A program made the translations under genes and the position numbers. From Lytechinus pictus (lineage: Eukaryota), in the NCBI RefSeq assembly GCF_037042905.1, contig NC_087245.1, positions 33,234,001 through 33,298,000 of the forward strand: a DNA stretch of 64,000 nucleotides, in the 5' to 3' direction. Below are positions 39,030 through 51,959 of this stretch, piece after piece. Position 1 is the first letter of the stretch; each line of letters starts with the position of its first letter. The notes below the pieces were generated by a model. That model was not told the origin of the DNA, did no database searches, and saw only the letters and a program-made list of their open reading frames with translations.

Positions 39030-39195
39030 CAGGGGGCCGTTTCATAAAGCTGCTCGTAAGTTAAGAGCGACTTTAAGAACGACTGGTGATCCTTTCTCGC
39101 GCGCTAGATCATCGCCAATGGTGTGTACCATTTACCGCAAGACAGGATCACCAGTCGCTCTTTATTTACGAACAGCTTTATGAAACACCCGCCTG
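39030..39195. mobile_element. Small palindromic MITE nested inside the Kolobok element
   Basis: cagggggccgtttcataaagctg ... cagctttatgaaacacccgcctg; inner gactggtgatcct / aggatcaccagtc. Confidence 0.8.
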
Positions 39196-39753
39196 ATCAA
39201 CCCTGCTAGGCCAGGTAATCCCCGCTGTCTCAATTTTACCTCCACAGGCCAGATTATGAGCGTTGAGCCAAGGACGAAATGATAAACAACAGCTGTGCTA
39301 TTACGTAAGACTTCTCTGCCTGTAGTAGGACCTTCGGAATTAAATTATTGTATTCGATATTTAATCACGTTTTCAAAGGCATATTGTATTCAGAAATCCA
39401 ATGTTAGTCCATTTTCAATTTCGAACGAAGAAAATCGACCTCGAAATAAGGAAAGTAAGTGAATTAAAATGACGGCATGCTTTGCTCGGGCTGTTGTGTT
39501 ATCTTCGGACCGAGGTCAAGAAACAGGTGTTTTGATACTTAAATAGCTTGCTTGGGGCAGTTATGGTTTGTCGTACTTGGAGAAGAGAATTGATTGAGGG
39601 AAACTGGGGTGTAGTGTTCTGAAATGAAAGGTTTTCGTCATGAAAAAGAATTAAATTTCGCGCACATGTAGCGAGATCGGTCACGTGACTGTGACGTACC
39701 GTCTCCACTTTGGTTTCACAACAATCCAGCGCGCGACTTCTCACAGCTGCAAT

Positions 39754-39941
39754 ATGCCTATGTGTCAGGCATACGGCTGCTCGGTTCGGCCGGGAGAAAA
39801 TAACCATAAAAGTGCGTTTTCTATACCAAATCCGATCCGAGATCGAGAGAGATGTGCCCAGTGGCTTCACAATATTGGGACGGACAAGTTTGACATAAAA
39901 ACATACAAATATAACGCGAGTAGAGTCGTTTGCGAGGACCA
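39754..39941 (+). pseudogene. Truncated THAP (C2CH zinc finger) N-terminus of the Kolobok transposase
   Basis: MPMCQAYGC...AFSIP...RCAQW...RVVCED: C-x4-C, F, P, W and VC motifs of THAP; the expected final His is replaced by Gln at the deletion junction. Confidence 0.85.
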
Positions 39942-40133
39942 AATGCTCTCTCTGGCCGTCGGCATCACCGGGCAGTTCCCGCACCGACACCAGTCATTTC
40001 TCCCCACTCGATCGGCCGCTGGCTGCGGTACGATCGGATCTTCCTCCACCTCTTCTTCTTCTATTCTTCGACGGTTCTCCAACTCTTCCGCATTCCACCT
40101 TGGTTGGAATGCATATCCCGCAGGACCCGACAT
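39940..40133 (-). pseudogene. Truncated KolX-like / P2X7 C-terminal (ballast)-like Cys-rich protein, N-terminal part
   Basis: MSGPAGYAFQP...DRVGRNDWCRCGNCPVMPTARESI: Y-x-F-x-P and W-C-x-C-G-x-C motif; the expected following CC is lost at the junction. Confidence 0.75.
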
Positions 40134-41954
40134 ATTAATTGTTCAAATTGTGAAATAAACGGCGAGAAACAAACAAATTGTGAATTACAGGGTCGACGGT
40201 GGCTGCAATCAATGCAAGTCGGAAACTACATGTAGCTAATACCGTACGTATGCGGCCGGCGCTGATGATCTATACGCATACGTGCGAGCGATAGCTAGCT
40301 AGCTAGCTAGCTCGCTCGCGCTCGTAGCAGCAGCCAGCGAAGCCAAAGTGGAGATGCTACGTCACAGAAAAAGCTGCGCATTGCATTCTGGGATCGTACA
40401 GACTCGTGCCAGAATATGATTTTGGCAAAATTGAAAATTCAATAAAAAATAACTGTGCCTCTTATTTCTTGAAAAAAATATAGTATAGGAAAGAGAAGGT
40501 TTTTGTCTATCTAGTGGATATAAATTAAACCTGGCCTGGACCACCCCTTTAACAACAGCTACCACAGTGGTGAAATACAGGCTGTTGCACCTTGTAACTC
40601 CAGAGTTTCATGACAACTGAATATTTGCCATATTCTACAAAATGAAAGCTTGAAACTTGACTTTAGCTGAAAATTAATTGTTTTGTGAGCCTCAGAATGT
40701 GAGTTTGAGAGCGGAATTTTAAATAATAATCCTAGATAAGCCGTCTTCATGGTAATGATACCAATTACCGAGAGATTTTCGTATTCATGTTGCAAATAGC
40801 TCTAGGACATTAGCAATAGGGGGCTTCCAGCGCAGTGAATGCTGAATATTATGCTCAGGTGAATTATAATGGTTACCTGTTAAAAACGGGGATGAAACGG
40901 ACAATACATATGTAATGTATTGGTATACATGTGCACCAGAAAGCACTGATATTTGCTTGTTACCTCCCAAGAATAGAGTGCAGCTTCCTCATTCATTTTG
41001 CACAAGATGGGAGTGAAAATAATACTGGCAATTGTCATTTTGGGTATTATTCAACGAATAAAATACATTCTATTCCTGCGTTAAAACTAATGATACATCA
41101 TTTCTACTTCATGATTGAATTGTATGTTTCTCTTTCTCTCCTCACAGTTCCTAGTATGAATAAAACAAACAAAGCACAGTGGAAAATGAGATATTTTAAA
41201 GAAAATCATCAAGTCAATATGTATTTGAACACCTGCTTTTGATATACTGTATCTAAAGAGACATTATTCCCACAAAATAGGTTACTGATTTTGAAGAATA
41301 GGTTTTATAAATGGAAGCTCAGCATAATCAATCATGTACACTAATAAATTGAAGGATACAATTCAATAGGAATGGAGGAATGTATCTGGGTATTAGGATA
41401 CAAAAAATAGCTGAAAATGTCATTCACTATAAAGGCCAGCTACACACAGCATAACCATTTCTACATTACGAGTCATTCTATGTAATGTAATTCATCCAAT
41501 TTGCCCGTCCCATATTTCTACGATCCCATACCTCTGTTTCACCTTGTAAGAAAAGTTATTTTGGGGGTGGACAGCAAAAATACCAGGGTTCAATTGTATG
41601 GCAGAATAACATTGCAAGTGTAGTATATTTGTGGGAAAAGTCAGTCATTGGGTATTCATGGTGATGGTAAATATACAATGCTTGTGTCAGATTTGACAAG
41701 TTGGGACTGCAAGGTGGTGGGTTTGGTGTGGGAACTGGACAGAAGTAAGGTAGAGTGGGTGTGACGAGAGAAATATAGAGAGAAAGATACACAGGAGAAG
41801 GAGAGAGAGAAGAAATGAATGACCAAGCAAATAGGCCTACAAGAGCAAAATAAAAACTTGGGCCATGGGAGGGGGTGCCGGAGGTATGTGAGGAGAGAAG
41901 AAGCTAAAGTTCAAAGGTAATATATAGGGCCTACAGTTCACAAGGCCTACAAAG

Positions 41955-42087
41955 AGCCAAAGAGAGGAAGAAAGTGAGAAAGTAGAGAAAGAATAAGAGG
42001 AAGGAAGAAACAAATGAAAGATATGAAGAAATGAAAAAAAGGAAGAAAAGAAAAAAGAAAAAAAAGGAAAAGAAAAAAAAGAAAGAA
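41955..42087. repeat. Purine-rich (A/G) low-complexity tract
   Basis: Direct reading; explains the poly-Lys and poly-Phe ORFs. Confidence 0.9.
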
Positions 42088-42469
42088 GTGTTGAAATTGG
42101 ATGATCTCAATCTGACTATTTCCAAGCTTGAAGGATTATTGCTCAGGACATGCAACATGGATCCTGTTATTATTGTTTATTCAACTGTAACAGTAAACAA
42201 CTTTGTTTACTTCTAAACTCCACAGACCATAAAAAGTACAGTTTGTTTTGTTGATGATAGCTCTGTCCACTTGAAATGAAATGGGATCATCTGGTAGAAG
42301 ACTGGCCAAGTCTGAACAGTACCTCTCTTTCAATGAAATGTGTTGAACCAGCCCCAGGTCCTAGACCAGGTCCATGAGTTTGCAAAGCTAATTCTCATCA
42401 AGGTTGCAACTGGAAAGGGTAGAGACGTGGCTATGCGATTTTCCCGATGTAACATGGGTCTTACACTAC

Positions 42470-42885
42470 ATAACATGGGCCAAACCCATTTTGGTCTACT
42501 GTCAATTTAGTCTAATCACATTTGATCTAAACTATACTTGGTCTAATACCCACCAACCTTCCTCATGGTCTAATTTCCACGCTGTCTACTTCAAATGAAA
42601 ATTTAGTCCTTAACATCTAATTGTATAGACTAAGCACCAAGGAGCTTCAAAAAGAAGCTTCTTGGTTAGATCAAGTGGATATTAGATGAAAAACATGTAG
42701 CTGAACTGGTTGGTAATTACAGATAATGGTAAATGAGCTAAATGGTAAATAGACCAAATGGGTTTGGCCCGAGTGGTATAAGTAGACAAACTGGTTGAAG
42801 ATGCAAACTAGGATTAGACCATGGGGGATGAAACAAAACATGCAGAGAGACAAAGCGGGAGTAGACCAAGTGGCAATTTACCGAC
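42470..42885. mobile_element. Degenerate foldback-like repeat
   Basis: Recurrent ggtcta motifs in the left half mirrored by tagacc motifs in the right half. Confidence 0.55.
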
Positions 42886-45800
42886 AGCAATGCCAGCCAA
42901 AGTTACTGGGGTGGTCTTCAATATGAATCCATAGGAATACGTAATCATGGAATTCAGCTTTTGACCCAGCAAGATAATAATGAATTTTTAGCCACTGTGT
43001 AGCAGCTTTATAGTGCACTAGCTTTCATCAATCAAAGAGTCAAAGGCATATATACAATCACTTATGGTGTTGATTTGATAGTCAGGTCACTCTACAATAC
43101 TTTGGAATTGGAGATAGAATAGAATTCTATTCAAAGTTGACTAAATACAGCAGAGGTCATTAGTGAGTGATGGAATTTCATTTGATGAATATTTATTGAC
43201 AATTCACTTGTCAAAAGTAAATAAACAGCGTGATCAAGAGATAAGATATAATAGTTAGCAAGAGGGAAAATTGCAATAATTGCCTACATGTAATACAAAT
43301 AACATACACTGATAGAAACTAATATGTGTATAGTAACTGTTTACTTCTGCTCCCTAACAAGTAATATTGTTTTTCTCTATCTAATGTAACTTGTGAAAAC
43401 AAAACAAAAATTCCTAAATGTAGTTTGAGCAAATAAATACAATTTCAAATAAATATGAGCATTAAAAAATCCAACAGAAAGCATATACTTCATATTCATT
43501 CACAACCTAACCAAATTTAAGTCTAAACTTTTGATCTGATAATTATGACTTGTTGCATGTATGCTGGAGATCTATACAATTTTGATCAAATAGACTTTCC
43601 ATACATAGGAAATGATAAGGCCTAAAATAAGCATAGAATTGCACACCATATGTAAGCAAAGATGAAACCCAAAGTAATAATAACCACATGGGGATGGAAG
43701 AAAAGTAAACAGTGCCGTGAACAAAGGTTGGGATTTGGTCATACAATGACAACAATACAATGTAATCAGAACATACAATAATGATTCATGAATATTACAT
43801 CAATAAAGAAAGTCTGAAGTTCTGGCTGCTTCCTTTATGGTCTGTTTACACTATACAGTGAATCACTGTTTAATGCCCCCTTGACCCCCCCCCAAAAAAA
43901 AAAAAAAAAAAACAGACAGATGAAAGTTATAAAAAAAATGATAAATTATTCAGCAGAATTTCAAAATGTGGAATGCATTTTACATTTGAGCTAAAAGTCT
44001 AAATATGATAGTCAGCGGTATCTAGCAAACTAGTATCAATGCTTCCTAGAATATTCCTAGAATATTATGGGTCCCACGAATCATCAATAAAAACTAGACA
44101 AATTAAATTTTTGAAAAAGAAGAAAAAATAAAATTAGACCACCCCAAAAAGAAGAAACAAACCCAAGGCCAAAAAGAGGCATTCTTTTTTATTTTGTGCA
44201 AGTCTTGATATAGAGCAGGCTGACGAGAATGTGATGTGAAGAAAAATGACTCCAAGTACTTCAATAAAAAACAGAATTATTAATTGAAACAATAACTGCA
44301 CAAAGATAGCACAACACCATCAAATTTTCTTCCAAATGCAAGTAAAAACAAATATGGCCATGGTATTTTCATGAGCAGTAAATTTAAGATTATATTTTAC
44401 CAATCTCACAGGACACTTGGGTGTAATAAGAATGAAATGAAAATTTGGTTTGAAATGTTTGAACAGTGCAATAAAAACTTACAATTATATCTGACTAGTA
44501 TTGTTTTAATTGTGTATCATTATCAAGAATCGTAACCTTTCATTTGTCACATAAGCATTATGAGGATACATCAGTTACAACCTACTGGACTTCTTTTACC
44601 CCTTTAGAGAGTAGACCTGGAAGACATGGGTTTACTTACTGATTTGATCTTGAAAATCCAAACACAAGAACTCCCTTGCAGTTGACAGTTCTATATCACA
44701 AAGTAAATCCAAACTTTTTTTTGCTATTTCTTATGCAGTTGTAGCAGTCCATGGGTTGGGCCAGACCCAAAGATACATCACAAAGGAGCGTAATTGCGGA
44801 ACAGCATTCAAAAGACGTTAGTACGAAACAGACAAACATGGAACAATCCCTTTTGAGCTGGTCTTTCTTGCAGCTCTTGGTATGAACCAAGCATCATCTG
44901 TGTGTTTGCTATGTAATAACTGTGTTGTCATTCAGTCACGTTTTCTGCTTGTTTATACCAATGGATCCTGCGCTAGGACATGGAATGCGACAAGGAGTAG
45001 TCTGCAAATCAGACTCCAGTTAAAAGGATGATTGGAGGCAGGTTTCGCTTTTGTTACAATATGAACACTGCTTATGCAGAATCGGTAAATTATAATGTAT
45101 ATTTATATGATTTATCATTGAAATGGAAGTGATTTTGAGAAAACTGCAATAGTCTATCAATCGGACCCAATTTGGCAAGTTTATGTATCTGCAATAATAT
45201 TGTTTCTTTACAAATTGTGACAACAGATATTTTACAGCAATAATGTGAATTTTTCCAGCCAGATTGATTCTTATGAAATAAAAAAAAATAGATTCATTCC
45301 AACAATAAATAAAACATCTCATAAAATTTAACCCATTAAGTGGTTATTCATTCAATGGAAAGGTATGACGCACAGAGTTGTTGTATTCTTAAGGTGCCAC
45401 AACTAATAGGAAAAGAGTATGGATAAGTTATAAGCATTGGCTAATATCATTAGAATCTTAACGAGAAGGACCATAAAACTAGAAAAAATAAAGATTTTAT
45501 ACCCCCACAACATGAACTCAATATATTTGAACTACTGAGAAAAAGACAATGCAATACAGTAGGTGTGAAGTTGTGATTTTGATAACAAAACTGTCATTAT
45601 GTAATTGCAAAAGCACATAAATCCATTTGTCTATTTCTGAATGACAGTACAGTTTTACAAATGGGGATTTTCAGCAAGAATTTACAAATACACAATTCAA
45701 CAGGACCTTTGATTATTGTGTAAATGTTGTACTGTTTGGGGTAAAGTATAAAGTTCACAGTTTAGTGTGGTCTTCGGATTTTAACAGATAAAAGGGTTTA

Positions 45801-46444
45801 TCTGTAAGCATGGCATTTAATCTTAATTGGTATGATATGGTATTCAATGAAAACCTTTAAAACATTCACAATTCCTGCTGGCTGGATTTGATTAGAATCA
45901 TGCTTGAATATTGTTTCAATAAGGTAAATGTGAGTGAGCAGATTGTTACATGTATGCCAAACAATGTTGCTTTCATGAATCTCTTTCTAATATATCTTCA
46001 ACTTCTTCTGTGTCTGATCTGATTCTCAAATGTTCATTGTGCAAGCCAATGTTAACTCGCTATGGGGGGGGGTAAAGAATGACACATTATTACTAATGCA
46101 CTTGAACAATTCAAAAGTTTGCAATTCTTTCACTATTTTTTTTACTTACATGGGGGTAGCTAATATTCTGATGGCCTTTAACAAAGAAGAGAAAATATGG
46201 GGACATAATTGACAAAAGGCTAGTGATTGGCAATATTCCAGAAGTTTGATGTTTCTTTTTTAATAGTTGTTTCTGATAATTTATTGATGCACAATACTAG
46301 GGAGAATAAATCATAAGAACTTGTGGTAGGTCACTTTATCTTATTGATGAATGATACAGGATTTGAAAATGAAAGAGCAAATTGACTAAGTGATGGCAAT
46401 CTAGTTATCTATTATGTGCTTACATGTACTTTGCACGTATCTAA

Positions 46445-46685
46445 GTGCTTAAAGATGTTATATGCAATCCTCCACTCCCTGGGGAGTATTCCAGCCAGTC
46501 GCCAATGAGGTGCAAACAGTGCTGGGCAAGCTGCAGTGAATTTGCATCCTACCGGGTACCCATTTAGCATCTGCATGGAGAGTGGCCATGTGGATTAACG
46601 CCTTGCCAAAGGACACTAGGCTGCGGTGGGATTTGAACGCACAACCCTCTTGATTGAGAGTCAGAACCACTACACCACAGCTCCT
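46445..46685 (-). mobile_element. tRNA-derived SINE (subfamily of the 50493 copy)
   Basis: Reverse complement matches 50493-50730 (gagagtcagaaccactacacc; accgggtacccatttagca; ccactccctggggag). Confidence 0.88.
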
Positions 46686-47114
46686 CCTGATTATAATAAA
46701 ATCAGTCCTTCAGCAGTGATGATGACACCTATTATTCTTCATCATCCAAAAGTGTGCATTGATGTAGAGACTAGACCTGGATCAAAGCTACATGAATACA
46801 CAGATAGTTATGTCATGTCACTAAATTACCAGACAATTTCTTTGATGAATGTCACGTGTAATGCATCGCCTTGCCATGGCGGTACCGTCAGCATTCCAAA
46901 ATAAGACCTCTAACCCCATCCAACATTACAAGGGAGTTTAATATCAAGCCTTGAGGATGATTTCTTTGCAAACACAATCCATTCGCAGAAGGGGTCCATT
47001 AACACTGAAGTTCAAAGCCTCATTTTACTTTTTAAAAAACCCTATAAATTCAAACTGCAGAAAAAATTGTGTTTAAAACCACTTTGGTATAAAAAATGTA
47101 TTGGTGAACATAGA

Positions 47115-47424
47115 GGCCCATATTCTAAAGTCGGGTTTTACTTAAACTCAGGTTTAAAGTTGTGGTTTAAGTATGGATAGCCAATTGTTACATAAATCAC
47201 TAACAGTAGAGATATCATATTTCAGTTCATTTGGCTCTGAAATCGTTCATAATTGTCTTGGAAGTATTAATAAATGATTGTCTTCACCAATAATGAATCA
47301 GGAAAGAGCACAGTAAACATAAAAAAATGCAATGTAATAAAAATGTTGACTCTTTTGGCTTCCCATAATTTTAGCACAGAGTTAGACCGTGGTCTAAGTT
47401 AAACCTGACTTCAGAATACGGGCC
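47115..47424. mobile_element. MITE with GGCC termini and 3-bp TSD AGA (Harbinger-like)
   Basis: AGA|ggcccatattctaaagtcgggttt ... aaacctgacttcagaatacgggcc|AGA. Confidence 0.85.
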
Positions 47425-48983
47425 AGAGAGTTTTTGCTCTGCAATGCACAACACGCTCAAGAACACAGTAAGTTTACTGAAAATGCCTATCAAATGACAA
47501 AGAACAGCTGGGAGGTCTTTGTCGATAATTGGTGAATCGAAACAGCAGTTTTGTTCTCAGTTTAGGAGCTGACGAAAAAATTGCAAATATGTCATTTGTC
47601 CAAAGACAAAATCAAAACTGCTGTTTTGATTCACGAGTTTTCAACAAAGACCTCTTGAATGGTCTTTGTCATGAAGGGCATTTTCGGAGCGAAAACTTCC
47701 TAATAATCATCGGAACAAGAACTCTAAACAACTTCCGCAAGGATGCATGGGGGGATTCAGTTTGGCCTCTACTTTTATAAAATGTCTCTACTCCAGAGGA
47801 AAGTTCCAATTATCCTTCCTTTTTCTTGCAAGCTTTATCATGATAACAGGCCAAAATGTGAGAAACCCTGATGTTATTGCTTCATTGTGTCAATGCCTCC
47901 AGGTTTCTAAATAAAGGATCAAAGAAAGTGCATGCCTGACATTGGTTGGAATATTTCTAATTCCATCATGTGGACTTGGACAGTGTTTTGCTGAGCATTA
48001 TTTTGGGAGGTGATGTTTTTGTAGTGATGCCAAGTTCTGTGTCCATGTTTTGGAATGTTTTGACTTTGGCTCTATCACCAGGCGTCCTGGTGAACATGAA
48101 TAAGACTATGATGATCTAAACTGCTTGAAGAGATTAACTCCTTGTGACTCCTTGGATATTAGCACAAAGCTTACGCATTATAATGACATTGTCTGACAAA
48201 GGGATGTGTGCATTCAGCGAGCTTACAAACATACACAGATCTAAATATTGACAGATCATGTTTTCAATACATATTCAAAGTCAAATTTTCAAAGAGGTGG
48301 CGGCACATGGGCCATGTATACCCCTCCCCCCTTTTGCCCAAAAATCTGAAATAAACAGTACCCTGTCGGTATGCAGTGCCCTCTCTTGAAAGTGAGGAAC
48401 AAAACATGCCCCTTTTTTTACTGAAGCCCCCTCCCCAATAGAAAAACAATCAAATTAGATCCATTTTCTTTGCCCCCCCCCCCCCATTATGTTATCTGAG
48501 ATTCACCCATTTAGTTGTTACTCAATCATACTGTCTTCTTTACAGAATATTCCAATACCTGACAATAAAATACAATACAGACTGACAGAAGTTTACAGAA
48601 AGGCTATGACTTGATTTCTCTAATACTTTAAGTACATAAGACACACAATAGTGAATATAGCAATCTATTTCACACTAATAGGCATGTAAAATCTAAGCTT
48701 CACTTAGATATCAATTGAAAAACTACTCAGTATAAGTGTCTTCTTTCAGTCTTGACAAACATCATTTTCTTGGGTAGAGTATAGAACTTGCATTTGAGTA
48801 TCTGATGCAGTTAAAACGAATAGGCGACTCTTGGGCAAGGAAATATGAATTCAGGGAGCATGTCCTCTCAAATACTCTAGAATTTGCTGGCATGAAATAC
48901 TGTTCTTTACTTTAATTTGACAAATTAAATCAATAATTTGTCAACACAAAGGACTTTACTTTCAGCCAATCAGATGTGAGTAT

Positions 48984-49135
48984 CAGGGTCCCGTTTCATA
49001 AAGACTTGTTATAGTAACAAATGAAGAATTTTTATAACAAATTTACCATCAGCCAATCAGACAAAAGGATTACAGTAGCTTTTAACTGTTATTGCAAATA
49101 TATTGTAATAACAAGTTTTATGAAACAGATCCCTG
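48984..49135. mobile_element. ~150-bp MITE; degenerate relatives near 17820-17960 and 54513-54650
   Basis: cagggtcccgtttcataaagacttgttat ... ataacaagttttatgaaacagatccctg; central ccaatcag. Confidence 0.8.
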
Positions 49136-50492
49136 ATAGTTGCTAAAGGAGGGGCAGGGCCATTTTTTTAATAGGGCTCTTAAAGGAGTGGGAAGTTGGT
49201 GCTCACTTTAGGGGTATCTAAAGCCATAAAAAAGACTGAAAAAATTTGTTTTTATAAATGAAGGTTCCCTCATATTTCACCATATTTCAAAGTGTCTCTG
49301 ATTTCAAATCGCTGTATCATTTGATTTAGATGAATGATGCCATGTCTGATTTATATACCATGTTAATTCTTCTGATGTTATGTTTTTGTATTATGTTCAT
49401 AATTATGTGAAATATGTAAAATAAAGTCAAATCAAATAAAATAAAAAGGCTATCAATAGTAAAATGAACTTTTGAAAGGGACACATGCACTGGATTACCA
49501 CAGGGTACCAAAACCTCAGGTAAAAAGGGCACTTATTTTGGCCTTATATTTTAAGTCTACAGATAATTGGAAGGGCCATTCTGGGGGCCTCAGAGGCCAT
49601 GGCCTTGGATTAGTTCGAGCTCTGCACTTCCTGAAAATGAAATGCTCTAGAATTTGAAACCGGTGAAACCTGTATTGCTCTGCTTTAATATGGAACTTCT
49701 TTCTTAACCAGAGCAGATGCACATATTACCCATCCTTGTATGTATCTGACAGTGGCAGTAATTAGCACTGTAATGATTCTGGCTGGAGAGGGCAGTATGC
49801 CAGTTTTCACTTCAAGGAGTATATATGTGCTCCGGGGATTGTTGCAGAAAGCTGCGCTTAATCCAACTAAAAAAAAATCAGACACAACTTCCAAATGCAT
49901 GCCTCTGATTTGTTGTGAATGAATTTGCAGATGATTTTTTTAATTGCATTCGACTCTGCAACTCTTCATCATCAAATCAGCCAATTTGTTTGTTGCTTCT
50001 GTTGTTGAAATAAAGAAAGAATCCTTATACTTGGCATCAATGTATTCATCTTTACAGAGGAAAAAGTCGTATTTAATGTCGGGGTACATTTGATAAAACT
50101 TTGTATTTGAAATAAATGGCAATCACATTGTTATAACCACATATTATTAAATACAAATTTGTTCGAATATTTCTGTAACAGAATGAAAAAGAACTGATAC
50201 TTTCTTTTTTTCCTACTTTTTTTAATAACTAAAACAGGGGAGATCCATCACCCCTCTAAAACAAAACACTGTATATTGTTGAACTTTACAGATTCCCAAA
50301 ATCCTGTCCCTGCAAAGACACCATATACACAATGCCATGTCTCTTGGGTGCAGCCATGAGGTTCAATTTAAGATACAAATAAAAGAAAACAAATTCTCCT
50401 TCAAATCAATTTGTGCATGACTTTGCACCAAGTAAATGGCTTCTTCTTTTTTTTGTATCCACTGTTTGTATCCACTGTTGTATAATTATCTG

Positions 50493-50840
50493 TGTGGAAG
50501 AGCCGTGGTGTAGTGGTTCTGACTCTCGCCTTGTAAACAGAGGGTCGTGTGTTCGAATCCCACCGCGGTCTAGCGTCCTTTGGCAAGGCGTTAATCCACA
50601 CTTTGCCACTCTCGACCCAGGTGCTAAATGGGTACCCGGTAGGATGCGAAAGATATTGTATGTTTGATTTTGCCAGCGCCATAATGAGGCTGCGATGAAT
50701 GCAAGGAATGCTCCCCAGGGAGTGGAAATTGTGCACTTTTCGTGCGGGATTGAAATGAATCCAATGACCGGGGTAACAATATGCTGTAACGTGCTTTGAG
50801 CCATTCAGGGAAAAGCGCTTTATAAAAATTGGCTATTATG
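50493..50840 (+). mobile_element. tRNA-derived SINE, full length
   Basis: tggtgtagtggtt A-box, gttcgaatccc B-box, core actctcgacccaggtgctaaatgggtacc, 3' end aagcgctttataaaa...tattat. Confidence 0.92.
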
Positions 50841-51959
50841 TGAAAATAAAATTCACAAGGCCATATTTGCCTTCATATAGTTCACTTCCTTTCTTCATTG
50901 TGTGCGTACTCAAGATAAAAAATTAGGATTTTTTGTCAAAAATATGTTGGGGTATTTTTGTATGAAGAAAAAATGACATAATGACAATGTTACTCCAGAT
51001 TATGCCAGCTTTTTCAAAGAAAATCCTATTAAAAAGAAATTTTATTTGATTCTAATCTAAGTGTATATACTTTCCAAGCTCTACTGCATGACTCATATTA
51101 GTACATACACTGAATACAAGTGCATCTACCATGTCTATAGAGTTTATGTCCTAGGGGTATGAAATGGCCAATAATAGCATAACATATAAATCATCCTGTT
51201 TTTTCCTATTCACATTACTGGGGTATATTGTTGACATGAGTCATCATAAATTTATTTCTATCTAAATCATTTTTTTTCCATATGTCTAGAGGGTTCCCAA
51301 AGAAATGCCGATACTAAACTCAATTTCTTGTGAGGGGATCGTTCTCATTTTGGCAGTATGAATTTGAAGTAAATATGTTCCAATTTCAATCTATTCAATG
51401 ATTTGGAAATTTGCTTTTTAATAACTTTCTAAACGATTAGTGACAGTTGCATGATACAGCAGTTATAGTCATCCTTTCAGCAATTGACTGGTCAATATCT
51501 TTATTATGATAACCTAATTTCATGGGTTGTATACCTTTTGGGAATATATTTAACAAAATCCCATAAACACACTTTTACAAAAAGTAATGATAATATTCTG
51601 CTTTTGGTTAACACTTATTATCACTTTGGAATGGGGTTTCAATGTGCTTTATATCAAAACCATGATTACTGGATTCTAGCTTGCCCACATATAGTGTATG
51701 TGCATTCTTCACTCCTTGGGGAGCATCCTAACAATGATGATCAAGCTGATTGCTACTCATTTTGTAATGGTCCCAAGGTCTACCTACTGAACCTGTAGTT
51801 GTAAAAGGAGTTAATGCCATTGTATGTCTGAACGCATGGGGCCAGCTTAACAAAAAAATAATTAAAAGTTGAAGTTAATGCATATCATAGATAAGATCTT
51901 GTCCAAGTAGAACAAAGGCTCCTAACAAGATGCTATACATTAGCAGTATATTCTACTAG

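Larger units (their letters stand above)
38791..40548 (+). mobile_element. Internally deleted Kolobok-type DNA transposon
   Basis: Perfect 17-bp TIR AGGGGTGGTCCAGGCCA / TGGCCTGGACCACCCCT; TTAA TSD (38787-38790, 40549-40552); RR...YY termini; convergent THAP and Cys-rich ORF remnants. Confidence 0.88.

Noticed and set aside
39499..39990. 163-aa minus-strand ORF
   Set aside because: Antisense shadow of the THAP remnant; no independent coding signature
44634..44890. Minus-strand donor CA|gtaagt with an upstream ORF as a possible first exon
   Set aside because: The ORF stops before the donor and there is no supporting promoter signal
50401..50804. Three overlapping ORFs of 84-132 aa
   Set aside because: Lie over a SINE copy
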